Both the position numbers and the translations under genes were made by a program. A stretch of DNA of 20,000 nt from an uncultured virus (IMG/VR IMGVR_UViG_3300020048_000118) (lineage: Duplodnaviria; Heunggongvirae; Uroviricota; Caudoviricetes; Crassvirales), in the IMG/VR virus record IMGVR_UViG_3300020048_000118. One strand, 5' to 3'. This document shows, in pieces, positions 7,961 through 14,502 of the stretch (its first letter is position 1; each line of letters opens with the position of its first letter). Under the pieces are notes generated by a model. That model did no database searches. It saw only the letters and a list, made by a program, of their open reading frames with translations, and had not been told where the DNA came from.

Positions 7961-8159
7961 CGCCGTGGCCAGCGCGTCTATCGTAGTATACGATAGACTC
8001 ACTCGCTATGTCAGATACAACATCCCCGCCCACGTGTACTACGTGGGCCTTGCCGTACCTGAGCTCGTTCTCATCGTCGTTTGTCATGATCAGACCTGAC
8101 TGAGACTTGGTCTCCTCAAATATCGGATCAATCACGATGTACTTTCCTATAGCTCTCAT
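7896..8159 (-). CDS. groES: Co-chaperonin GroES (cpn10), 87 aa
   Basis: MRAIGKYIVIDP..EETKSQSGLIM (mobile loop)...VVHVG...IILERDVVLV. ATGA-coupled to groEL. Confidence 0.85.
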   Translation of the reverse strand: MRAIGKYIVIDPIFEETKSQSGLIMTNDDENELRYGKAHVVHVGGDVVSDIASESIVYYDRRAGHGVRIQSRQYHIILERDVVLVLD

Positions 8160-9727
8160 TTTGCTCTTACGTTAGTAATGATACAGTTGGTGCTCAAGAT
8201 CGTTGTTGCAACGCTGACAGCGTTCTCCAGAGCACTCTTGGTAACCTTTAGCGGGTCGATGATGCCCATCTCGATCATATTTCCTACAACACCCTCTTTC
8301 ACGTCGAAGCCGTAACCGAAACTATTTTGATAGTTTAGGGCAATGTCACCCTTTACCTCGTTCGGGTCATACCCGCCGTTCTCTAGGATCGTGTTGAATG
8401 GCTGCTGCAGTGCGTACTTGATGATGCTCTTAGCTGTAGAGCATCCGCAGATCTCACCGGCTATGTTCAGCAAAGCAATACCACCACCAGGCAGAATTCC
8501 GCCCTCCATCGCTGCCTTGGTCGCATACACTGCGTCCTCGACACGGTCCCTCTTCTCCTTCATCTCGACATCGCTCTGCGCTCCGACGTAGATAACGCCA
8601 ACGCCGCCCGCAAGGTTAGCGAGCCTCTCCTCCAAGAACTTCTTCAGTCCCTCGTTGGTAGCCTCTGCCAAGTTATTGCGGATGCCCTCAATCCTCATCG
8701 ATAGATCGTCAGACAGATCGTTGTCGGTGATAATGATCGTAGACTCCTTTCCGACCACCACCTTCTGGGCATGGCCCAGGTCGGTGAATGATACAAGTCC
8801 TAAATTGTCTCCGGTTCCGTCAGAGATGAATCGTGCTCCGGTAGCGGCAGCGATGTCCTCCATGATCTCGGAACGCATCTGCCCGAAGCTCGGTGGAACG
8901 ATGGCGCATGCTTTGATCACACCCTTGAGCCTGTTAAGGTTGAGTGAGTTCAGTGCGTTCTCCGACATCTCGGCGATAATAAGTATGCTCTTTCCGCTCT
9001 GCACCACTGGTGCCAAAAGGTGCTCGATATTGTTCAATGACGTGATCTCCTGGTCAGAGATTAAGATGTAACAGTCCTCTAGGATCGCCTCGTTCTTCTT
9101 CTGGTCCGTCACGAAGTACTTTGACATCCATCCGCGCCCAAGCTTCATGCCAGATACCACCTCAGAGTAAGTCTTTGAGCTTTGAGACGTCTCAACAGTT
9201 ACCACACCGTCTTTACCGACCATGCTGTAAGCGTCTGAAATGATCTGCCCTAGTTCTGGGTCATTGTTGGCGGAGATCGTGGCTACAGAGGCCATAGAAT
9301 CGTCTGTAACGGGGATAGCCATGCTGTCCAATGCCTGTGCAACTGACAGTGCTAGCTCTTTTACCTCTCTCAACACCTTTGTTGGGTTGTCCTCGGCCTT
9401 CATAAACTGCTGTGAGCCATGAATCAGACCCTGTGTTAGCACAATCGAGGTAGTGGTACCGTCACCAGCAGCTGTTGCCGTCTTCTCGGATGCCTCTTTT
9501 ACCATTTGTACCGCAAGGTTCTGCGTTGGGTCGTCCAAAACAATGGACCTTGCAACACTTACACCGTCTTTTGTGATGTGGATACCGTGTGTGTACTGGT
9601 CTGACTCGATCAGAACGGTCTGTCCACGTGCACCCAAGGTGCTCTTGACGGCATTTGCTATAATGTCTATACCAGACACTAGCTTTTCACGGGCCTCGGC
9701 CCCAAATTCAACTTGTTTAACGATCAT
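8156..9727 (-). CDS. groEL: Chaperonin GroEL (cpn60); probable start 9727 (523 aa)
   Basis: Motifs AVKSTLGARG, ITKDGVSVA, AGDGTTT, VATISANND, ERLANLAGGVGVIYVGA, DRVEDA, GIIDPLKVTKSALENA. No GGM tail. The ORF-track start at 9787 would run through a terminator and a promoter. Confidence 0.97.
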   Translation of the reverse strand: MIVKQVEFGAEAREKLVSGIDIIANAVKSTLGARGQTVLIESDQYTHGIHITKDGVSVARSIVLDDPTQNLAVQMVKEASEKTATAAGDGTTTSIVLTQGLIHGSQQFMKAEDNPTKVLREVKELALSVAQALDSMAIPVTDDSMASVATISANNDPELGQIISDAYSMVGKDGVVTVETSQSSKTYSEVVSGMKLGRGWMSKYFVTDQKKNEAILEDCYILISDQEITSLNNIEHLLAPVVQSGKSILIIAEMSENALNSLNLNRLKGVIKACAIVPPSFGQMRSEIMEDIAAATGARFISDGTGDNLGLVSFTDLGHAQKVVVGKESTIIITDNDLSDDLSMRIEGIRNNLAEATNEGLKKFLEERLANLAGGVGVIYVGAQSDVEMKEKRDRVEDAVYATKAAMEGGILPGGGIALLNIAGEICGCSTAKSIIKYALQQPFNTILENGGYDPNEVKGDIALNYQNSFGYGFDVKEGVVGNMIEMGIIDPLKVTKSALENAVSVATTILSTNCIITNVRAK

Positions 9728-9744
9728 ATTTGATTTAATTTGTG

Positions 9745-9752
9745 CAAATATA
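9745..9752 (-). promoter_or_regulatory. -7 box TATATTTG for groEL-groES (17 nt before ATG, A-rich leader)
   Basis: TAnnTTTG match immediately downstream of a terminator. Confidence 0.75.
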
Positions 9753-9780
9753 AACAAAAAAGGGACCATTGGCCCCCTTT
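9753..9780 (-). terminator. Intrinsic terminator
   Basis: Minus strand reads AAAGGGGGCC-AAT-GGTCCCTTTTTTGTTT. Confidence 0.75.
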
Positions 9781-9799
9781 CTGTCAAATTGTCGTAAAA

Positions 9800-9925
9800 T
9801 TACTTCTTTTTAGTGATTACACCCTTGGCAATCAATACATCTTTCTTGGTTACCTTGCCGTCCTTGTTCATGTCAGGGAAGGATTTCTTCGCAGCCTTTC
9901 CGGCGCTCTTCATTACTTTTTTCAT
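9800..9925 (-). CDS. 41-aa basic protein with EF-hand-like loop (MKKVMKSAGKAAKKSFPDMNKDGKVTKKDVLIAKGVITKKK)
   Basis: Translated by hand. D-x-N-x-D-G-x-V-T-x-x-D loop. ATGA-coupled. Confidence 0.75.
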   Translation of the reverse strand: MKKVMKSAGKAAKKSFPDMNKDGKVTKKDVLIAKGVITKKK

Positions 9926-10095
9926 TTCTTTTTTATTTTTATAGTGTCAGTTGCAACAGCCTTTACAAAGGTTCTGTTCTTGCCCTTTGGCTTTAAGTTC
10001 GGATCTCTTGTGATATTAAACGCAGCAACGCTGTCCTGGTAGCTCTTTGACGGTGCACTCAATTTGTACACGTTTGTCTTCTTTGGAGGAGTCAT
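9922..10095 (-). CDS. 57-aa basic hypothetical protein (...KKTNVYKLSAPSKSYQDSVAAFNITRDPNLKPKGKNRTFVKAVATDTIKIKKK)
   Basis: Translated by hand. TATCTTTG-N4-ATG upstream. Confidence 0.7.
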   Translation of the reverse strand: MTPPKKTNVYKLSAPSKSYQDSVAAFNITRDPNLKPKGKNRTFVKAVATDTIKIKKK

Positions 10096-10099
10096 AGTA

Positions 10100-10107
10100 C
10101 AAAGATA
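10100..10107 (-). promoter_or_regulatory. -7 box TATCTTTG, 4 nt before ATG 10095
   Basis: TAnnTTTG match. Confidence 0.7.
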
Positions 10108-10108
10108 A

Positions 10109-10696
10109 TTATAAATCTTTACTCTCGATCAATGTGTACGTGAAGCTGTTCCCATGCATCTTGGCCGATTTCTCGACAATAACCATGAATGCAGCGAAAT
10201 CTTTTATTCTCTTGAACACTTGGCATCCATGCGACCATTCGCCAATAAGGACGGAGTCCGCTCCAGCATGGTGGATATTGATACCATCAAGGTTGCTGTC
10301 AACGATCTTGTCTGTGTCGTACTCTAGATCCTTGTCGGCGTCCCTGTACAAGCGTAGCTTTCCCTTCTGCTTCAACGCACGGTACTTGCCTTGGTGTAGT
10401 CCAATCATGTGGCTACCCGGATATTGTCCCGGCACAACTCTCGCAGTTCCTCGTCCGTTATTTCCACGAAGCATTGGATCCTTTCCTGGGTCCGTGGTCG
10501 CAGACCAACTGAAGAACTTCCATACACCGCCGTCCTTGTAAGAGATCGTCATCCAATCGTCAAAAGCGTTAGTAACTGCGTTACCAACAGTTGAATTTCT
10601 GATACCAATAATGTTGACGTTGAAGTCTCCATTCTCAAAATACTTGTGACCCAATTTATAGCAAGCAGCCATGACGGTCTCTCTTGTTAGCTCCAT
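10109..10696 (-). CDS. Putative endolysin, L,D-transpeptidase (YkuD)-like Cys peptidase, 195 aa
   Basis: NIIGIR...NAFDD...TTDPG...GINIHHAG...WSHGCQV contains the His...S-H-G-C catalytic signature. Confidence 0.7.
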   Translation of the reverse strand: MELTRETVMAACYKLGHKYFENGDFNVNIIGIRNSTVGNAVTNAFDDWMTISYKDGGVWKFFSWSATTDPGKDPMLRGNNGRGTARVVPGQYPGSHMIGLHQGKYRALKQKGKLRLYRDADKDLEYDTDKIVDSNLDGINIHHAGADSVLIGEWSHGCQVFKRIKDFAAFMVIVEKSAKMHGNSFTYTLIESKDL

Positions 10697-10700
10697 GGAT

Positions 10701-10708
10701 CAAAGATA
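10701..10708 (-). promoter_or_regulatory. -7 box TATCTTTG, 4 nt before ATG 10696
   Basis: TAnnTTTG match. Confidence 0.75.
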
Positions 10709-10760
10709 AGAAAACTTGATCAATCAGCACGGAGACATGAAAAACGTCTCCATACCGATA

Positions 10761-10970
10761 TGTCGATTTTCGGTGTCTCTACTCTATATATATAAAAACT
10801 GTATTCTATATATATTTTTTTTTATTACTAATGAACAGAGAAAAAACGACACAAAAGAAATAAGATATTAAAGATCAATTAGTTAACCCATGTCACCTAC
10901 AGTGTCACTTTAAGTAGAATCGACACTTGTCAACACAAAACCGACACTTGTCCACAAATATCGACACAAA
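10761..10970. repeat. Origin-like non-coding region: AT-rich tract plus CGACAC iterons and DnaA-box-like 9-mers
   Basis: CGACAC at 10847, 10921, 10942 and 10962. TTGTCAACA at 10927 and TTGTCCACA at 10948. TATATA and poly-T tracts at about 10784-10832. Confidence 0.55.
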
Positions 10971-10994
10971 AAAAGAGCTTTTTAGGGCTCTTTT
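10968..10994 (-). terminator. Intrinsic terminator, possibly bidirectional
   Basis: AAAAGAGC/GCTCTTTT stem with a T-tract on the minus strand, downstream of gene 11016-11189. Confidence 0.7.
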
Positions 10995-11015
10995 AATTAA
11001 GGTGGTCGAATTTTA

Positions 11016-11189
11016 CTACTTACCGCAGCTGCCTTTCACCTTCATGTTGTCCTTCATCTTCGATGCCATTGTCATGGCTTCTGCCATCATCATGGTCTTT
11101 TTCATCTGCTTCATCTGTGACTTGGCCTCGGCCATTTTAGCAATGCCAGACATCTGTGGTGGCATCGGATTGTTTAGTGGTTTCTTCAT
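11016..11189 (-). CDS. 57-aa Met/Lys-rich protein (MKKPLNNPMPPQMSGIAKMAEAKSQMKQMKKTMMMAEAMTMASKMKDNMKVKGSCGK)
   Basis: Translated by hand. Promoter box at 11194-11201 and a terminator downstream. Confidence 0.75.
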   Translation of the reverse strand: MKKPLNNPMPPQMSGIAKMAEAKSQMKQMKKTMMMAEAMTMASKMKDNMKVKGSCGK

Positions 11190-11193
11190 AATG

Positions 11194-11201
11194 CAAAGAT
11201 A
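11194..11201 (-). promoter_or_regulatory. -7 box TATCTTTG, 4 nt before ATG 11189
   Basis: TAnnTTTG match. Confidence 0.7.
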
Positions 11202-11205
11202 GGGA

Positions 11206-11340
11206 CTACCACATGAACGTGATACGGAAGAAAAGTAAGTTTATGTCGATCTCGTTTGTCTCTCCGGGGTAGTTAGACTCAAAGTACTCGATCCCAAGTA
11301 AGATCGCGTCCGGTACAAGTAATGATATTTCTATAGCCAT
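11206..11340 (-). CDS. 44-aa protein (MAIEISLLVPDAILLGIEYFESNYPGETNEIDINLLFFRITFMW)
   Basis: Translated by hand. TATATTTG-N4-ATG upstream. Beta-strand-like pattern with a terminal Trp. Confidence 0.65.
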   Translation of the reverse strand: MAIEISLLVPDAILLGIEYFESNYPGETNEIDINLLFFRITFMW

Positions 11341-11344
11341 GTGG

Positions 11345-11352
11345 CAAATATA
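11345..11352 (-). promoter_or_regulatory. -7 box TATATTTG, 4 nt before ATG 11340
   Basis: TAnnTTTG match. Confidence 0.7.
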
Positions 11353-11459
11353 GATATAAGGCGCCAGACTTATAAGTGCCAATTATCAACCTACAGGTTA
11401 ATAATCGACCATGTGGTTTATACCTATGAGTATAATACCAGGAACTAGATATGCTGAGG

Positions 11460-11640
11460 TTTTGGGTAATACCCCCATATTGCGTCACGCCGGCCGCGGG
11501 GAAAACCGATTATTTTTGCCCCATGGGTTGTCGGTGTGTCGGCCTTGCCCCAAATTTTTGGCCTTTTGCCCGTGCGCTCCGCATGGGCTAACAGCCCGCC
11601 CGCTCCCTAGGTGGGCGCCCCGTCATGCTAAGGAAACTGC
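11460..11640. other. GC-rich non-coding segment at the strand switch; possible genome terminus or packaging site
   Basis: Abrupt GC rise, G/C runs alternating with A/T runs, and short palindromes (GGGTAATACCC, GGGCTAACAGCCC). Lies between the divergent arms. Confidence 0.4.
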
Positions 11641-11793
11641 GGAAACGCTCAGAGTTTCCATTACACCCCGCACATGGTCGCATCATGAATCTGCCATCTG
11701 TAAGGCCTTGATAGTCACTTGCGATAATCCGTACAAGGTTTTCAAATCAGTTGCGAAAATCCGTAAACAAAGTTGAAAATAAATGTTGACATG

Positions 11794-11825
11794 TTTGGTG
11801 TTGTCAACAATCGGTCGTAACATTG
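11794..11825 (+). promoter_or_regulatory. Early promoter TTTG-N20-TAACATTG
   Basis: Bacteroidota -33/-7 architecture with one mismatch in the -7 box. The same layout recurs at 12617 and 14456. Confidence 0.7.
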
Positions 11826-11849
11826 TATTGTAATAAAACACAAACGGAT

Positions 11850-12116
11850 ATGATAAACTACAGCAAATTGATGAGCCACAACCCTACCTCTTATGGGGTA
11901 ATGATGAACGACAAAGGACAGCAGATTGAGTTCTTCGAGCACCCAACATTGGGAGACGAGAGCGACATCATCTGCGCTTGCCACGAACTACAAGTAGCCG
12001 ATTACTCGGGCTTCTACGAGACTGACGACATGATTGCTGAGCACGGCGAATATCAGCCATGGTTCAACGAGGACGGCCAGTTGCAAATGGGAGAACTTGG
12101 GAGCCCAAACGAATAA
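11850..12116 (+). CDS. First early gene; acidic hypothetical protein, 88 aa
   Basis: ATG 11850 follows an A-rich leader downstream of the promoter (MINYSKLMSHNP...). Confidence 0.8.
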   Translation: MINYSKLMSHNPTSYGVMMNDKGQQIEFFEHPTLGDESDIICACHELQVADYSGFYETDDMIAEHGEYQPWFNEDGQLQMGELGSPNE

Positions 12117-12183
12117 GGTTAACTGACGAGTCCTAAATGGACGAAACATGGGTGAGCATAGCGAACTCATCCATGTCTTAACC
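12117..12183 (+). ncRNA. Hammerhead ribozyme type I (HH1); predicted cleavage after C12177
   Basis: GGTTAA-CTGACGA-GTCC(TAAAT)GGAC-GAAA-CATGGGTGAG(catagcgaa)CTCATCCATG-TC-TTAACC. Complete core, three stems and a GUC triplet. Confidence 0.95.
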
Positions 12184-12197
12184 AAAACAACAACGAT

Positions 12198-12416
12198 ATG
12201 AACAACAATCAAAAATCATCAGCAGACCACATCATCGAGCAACTAAAGTCAATTGACATTGATGGAGAGACAATGGAGTACATCATCAACGGAGTTGGCA
12301 TGAGTTATCAAATGCTAAGACAATTGATAATAAATTCAAGCGACTTTGACATCAACAACATCATCTCAGAGAGGGATGAAATTCACGACCAAGGAAGAAA
12401 CAAGCATTTAGGTTAA
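12198..12416 (+). CDS. Hypothetical protein, 72 aa, bracketed by two hammerheads
   Basis: In the ORF track. Its stop codon TAA forms part of HH2 stem I. Confidence 0.8.
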   Translation: MNNNQKSSADHIIEQLKSIDIDGETMEYIINGVGMSYQMLRQLIINSSDFDINNIISERDEIHDQGRNKHLG

Positions 12417-12464
12417 CTGATGAGGTCTTAATGACCGAAACGGGGCTCACGCCCCGTCTTAACC
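12411..12464 (+). ncRNA. Hammerhead ribozyme type I (HH2); predicted cleavage after C12458
   Basis: GGTTAA-CTGATGA-GGTC(TTAAT)GACC-GAAA-CGGGGC(TCAC)GCCCCG-TC-TTAACC. Confidence 0.95.
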
Positions 12465-12477
12465 AAAAAACATAGAC

Positions 12478-12606
12478 ATGAAATATTACATCCAAGACAA
12501 CATCGACGAAACGAGAATGCCCGTAGTGTTCGACAACCACAGCGACGCGCTCGACTACATTTTCGACAATGACCTAACAATGACTCACGAAATAATTGCA
12601 GAATAA
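12478..12606 (+). CDS. 42-aa acidic protein (MKYYIQDNIDETRMPVVFDNHSDALDYIFDNDLTMTHEIIAE)
   Basis: Translated by hand. A-rich leader directly after HH2. Confidence 0.75.
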   Translation: MKYYIQDNIDETRMPVVFDNHSDALDYIFDNDLTMTHEIIAE

Positions 12607-12616
12607 CGAAAATAAA

Positions 12617-12648
12617 TTTGCATAATACGTATATTATAACTAACATTG
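12617..12648 (+). promoter_or_regulatory. Early promoter TTTG-N20-TAACATTG
   Basis: Same boxes and spacing as 11794-11825. Confidence 0.7.
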
Positions 12649-12671
12649 TGAACACTTTAATAACAAACGAC

Positions 12672-13388
12672 ATGAATACACCACAAACCCTCATCGCACA
12701 CTTGCGTAACGCTGAAACAAACCACATCGGTTTCTCTTACAACATCAACACGGGCGACCACAACCCCGACCAAGGCTTCATGGTATCTATCAAGGGATAC
12801 GAGGAGACGGCTCCAAGTGGTTGCGACCTTATCGCATTCGGTAGGTCTTACTTCTTGCGCCATGCCGAGCATTTGGCCAACCCGAACTACTACATGGGAT
12901 GTTGGGTCAATGCGGGACGATTTGTCTTTGACATCTCAGAGAACGTACAGACCAAGGAGGTCGCCATCGTTCTAGGACAGCACCATGACCAAGAGGCCAT
13001 ATGGGACTGCGCTAGTGGGTCAGAGTACAGATTAATGAGAGAGGGAGACGAGCCAAGCCAAAGGCTCGAGGAGTTGAGAGAGGCTCTTAGGTCTGAGTCA
13101 ATTAGTTATGGCGAACTTGCAGAACTTCAGTCATTGTCAGAGCACATCGACAAGGACGACGTAGAATTGCTATTTGCCTCGGGGCTTGCAGAGTTCGAGT
13201 CAGACGAGAAGTCATTGGGCGACTACACAGATGCCGACTTCGATGCCATGCTACACACATTGGACGTGGCGATGGACGAGTTCTCTCAAATCTACAACCA
13301 CTCAGCCTCGAACGACTTCCGAGAGTACTACGAGATTCACATGACCCAATTGGACAACATCATCAACCTAATCAACAAACTAAAATAA
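12672..13388 (+). CDS. Multi-module early protein (238 aa from ATG 12672); N-terminal domain possibly SAM-lyase-like, acidic C-terminus
   Basis: GFMVS...YMGCW...FDISE...AIVLG...QEAIWD domain followed by a RLEELR...ESISYGELAELQSL module. Start placed downstream of the promoter. Confidence 0.75.
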   Translation: MNTPQTLIAHLRNAETNHIGFSYNINTGDHNPDQGFMVSIKGYEETAPSGCDLIAFGRSYFLRHAEHLANPNYYMGCWVNAGRFVFDISENVQTKEVAIVLGQHHDQEAIWDCASGSEYRLMREGDEPSQRLEELREALRSESISYGELAELQSLSEHIDKDDVELLFASGLAEFESDEKSLGDYTDADFDAMLHTLDVAMDEFSQIYNHSASNDFREYYEIHMTQLDNIINLINKLK

Positions 13389-13702
13389 TGAAATACAACG
13401 TAGTAATTAGCAGAACCTACGCCACAGAGTTGGTAGTAGATGCAGAGAACATCCAAGAGGTACATGATTGGTTAGAATCCAACAAGGAGACCATCAACTA
13501 CCAAGAGTTGGAGCAGTGCAACATCATCGTCGAGGACACCAACATCGAGTTGGTCAGCCCAAGCCCGAACGAGGCAAGCGAACTGCAAGACCTAGTATGG
13601 CACATCAAGGGCAAGTTAAAAGAGTACAGCCACGTCGAGGACTTCATCCCCAAGGATTTGTACAAGGCCTTGGAGCAGATGCTCGGACACGACGAGGACT
13701 AA
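13388..13702 (+). CDS. Acidic hypothetical protein, 104 aa
   Basis: TAATG-coupled. MKYNVVISRTY...VVDAE pattern typical of small phage early proteins. Confidence 0.8.
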   Translation: MKYNVVISRTYATELVVDAENIQEVHDWLESNKETINYQELEQCNIIVEDTNIELVSPSPNEASELQDLVWHIKGKLKEYSHVEDFIPKDLYKALEQMLGHDED

Positions 13703-13747
13703 CCAATAAAGGAAACGAGAGGGGTTCAATTCCCCTCATTGGTTCAA
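13701..13747 (+). ncRNA. tRNA-like minihelix (T-arm plus acceptor-stem mimic)
   Basis: AACCAAT-[11 nt]-GAGGGG-TTCAATT-CCCCTC-ATTGGTT-CAA. Has a T-loop but no D or anticodon arm. Intergenic. Confidence 0.65.
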
Positions 13748-13764
13748 ATTAAAATCAAATAGAC

Positions 13765-13977
13765 ATGAACAACAAAAACTTTATCACCGACTCTTGCCTA
13801 TCATGGCACGCCAATGACATGCGAAATGCAATTGAAATGGCCAACGGAATTCCTCCATCATTAAATGATGAGGACTGCAATCAGATGTTAACAAAATTCT
13901 TTTCAGAATATAGACAAACAATCATTGGTGAAATAAATGAACTTATGGTTATATGGGTTAAAGAAAACAAGATATGA
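13765..13977 (+). CDS. Hypothetical protein, 70 aa
   Basis: In the ORF track. A-rich leader and ATGA coupling downstream. Confidence 0.75.
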   Translation: MNNKNFITDSCLSWHANDMRNAIEMANGIPPSLNDEDCNQMLTKFFSEYRQTIIGEINELMVIWVKENKI

Positions 13978-14243
13978 ACATACAAACAATTTACTCAAGA
14001 CAAAAGTCAGCGGGCGTTGACTACATGCAACGACTCATCAACAACGGCTCGGTTTGGAAGATGGAAGGCTCAATGGGACGCGAGGCAATGCGACTGCTCG
14101 AGATGGGCATCTGCATGCTACCAAAGAAATCATTCACCGACTACTACGGAAACGTCATCCCATCACGGGACGATTTGAAAGGATGCACAAAGGGAACGTA
14201 CGCCAACGCTGTAAGGTACTGGTCTAATGGATGGGAGGACTAA
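13974..14243 (+). CDS. Conserved phage early protein, 89 aa
   Basis: MQRLINNGSVWKMEGSMGREAMRLLEMGIC fits the recurring Q.LI..G..W.L.G..GR.A..L.E.G.C motif. Confidence 0.8.
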   Translation: MNIQTIYSRQKSAGVDYMQRLINNGSVWKMEGSMGREAMRLLEMGICMLPKKSFTDYYGNVIPSRDDLKGCTKGTYANAVRYWSNGWED

Positions 14244-14245
14244 TC

Positions 14246-14443
14246 ATGAGCAATTTAACTGCACTACAACTTCGCCAGTTCCTCAATGAGATTGAGGCAG
14301 ACGGAAACGACCTATCTCTCATCGAGATAAACTTCAGACATGACGAGGACTCAGACGTAATACCAATCAACTTTGTGTTCGAGGACTTGCACGACGAAAA
14401 CAATAGCATGCTCACATCAATTGTGCTATTAAATGACAATTAA
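14246..14443 (+). CDS. Acidic hypothetical protein, 65 aa
   Basis: ATG 14246 lies just after the previous stop (MSNLTALQLRQFL...). Confidence 0.75.
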   Translation: MSNLTALQLRQFLNEIEADGNDLSLIEINFRHDEDSDVIPINFVFEDLHDENNSMLTSIVLLNDN

Positions 14444-14455
14444 ATGACAAATAAA

Positions 14456-14487
14456 TTAGGTTATACACAAGATAGTAACTAATATTG
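14456..14487 (+). promoter_or_regulatory. Early promoter TTAG-N20-TAATATTG
   Basis: Same spacing as the other two early promoters, and the same AAATAAA upstream as 12617. Confidence 0.6.
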
Positions 14488-14502
14488 TACATGCAAAACG
14501 AT

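Noticed and set aside
8343..10594. Plus-strand ORFs over groEL and the lysin
   Set aside because: Antisense shadows of well-supported genes.
11411..11776. 121-aa plus-strand ORF across the GC-rich segment
   Set aside because: Atypical Pro/Arg/Cys composition, upstream of the first early promoter, and probably open only because of high GC.
11788..11793. TTGACA-type sigma70 -35 box (11786-11791)
   Set aside because: No -10 box at 16-18 nt. Better explained as half of an inverted repeat beside a Bacteroidota-type promoter.
14430..14452. Tandem TAAATGACAA duplication resembling the ATGACAA cassette head
   Set aside because: Only 10 nt long, AT-rich and followed at once by stop codons. Probably slippage.
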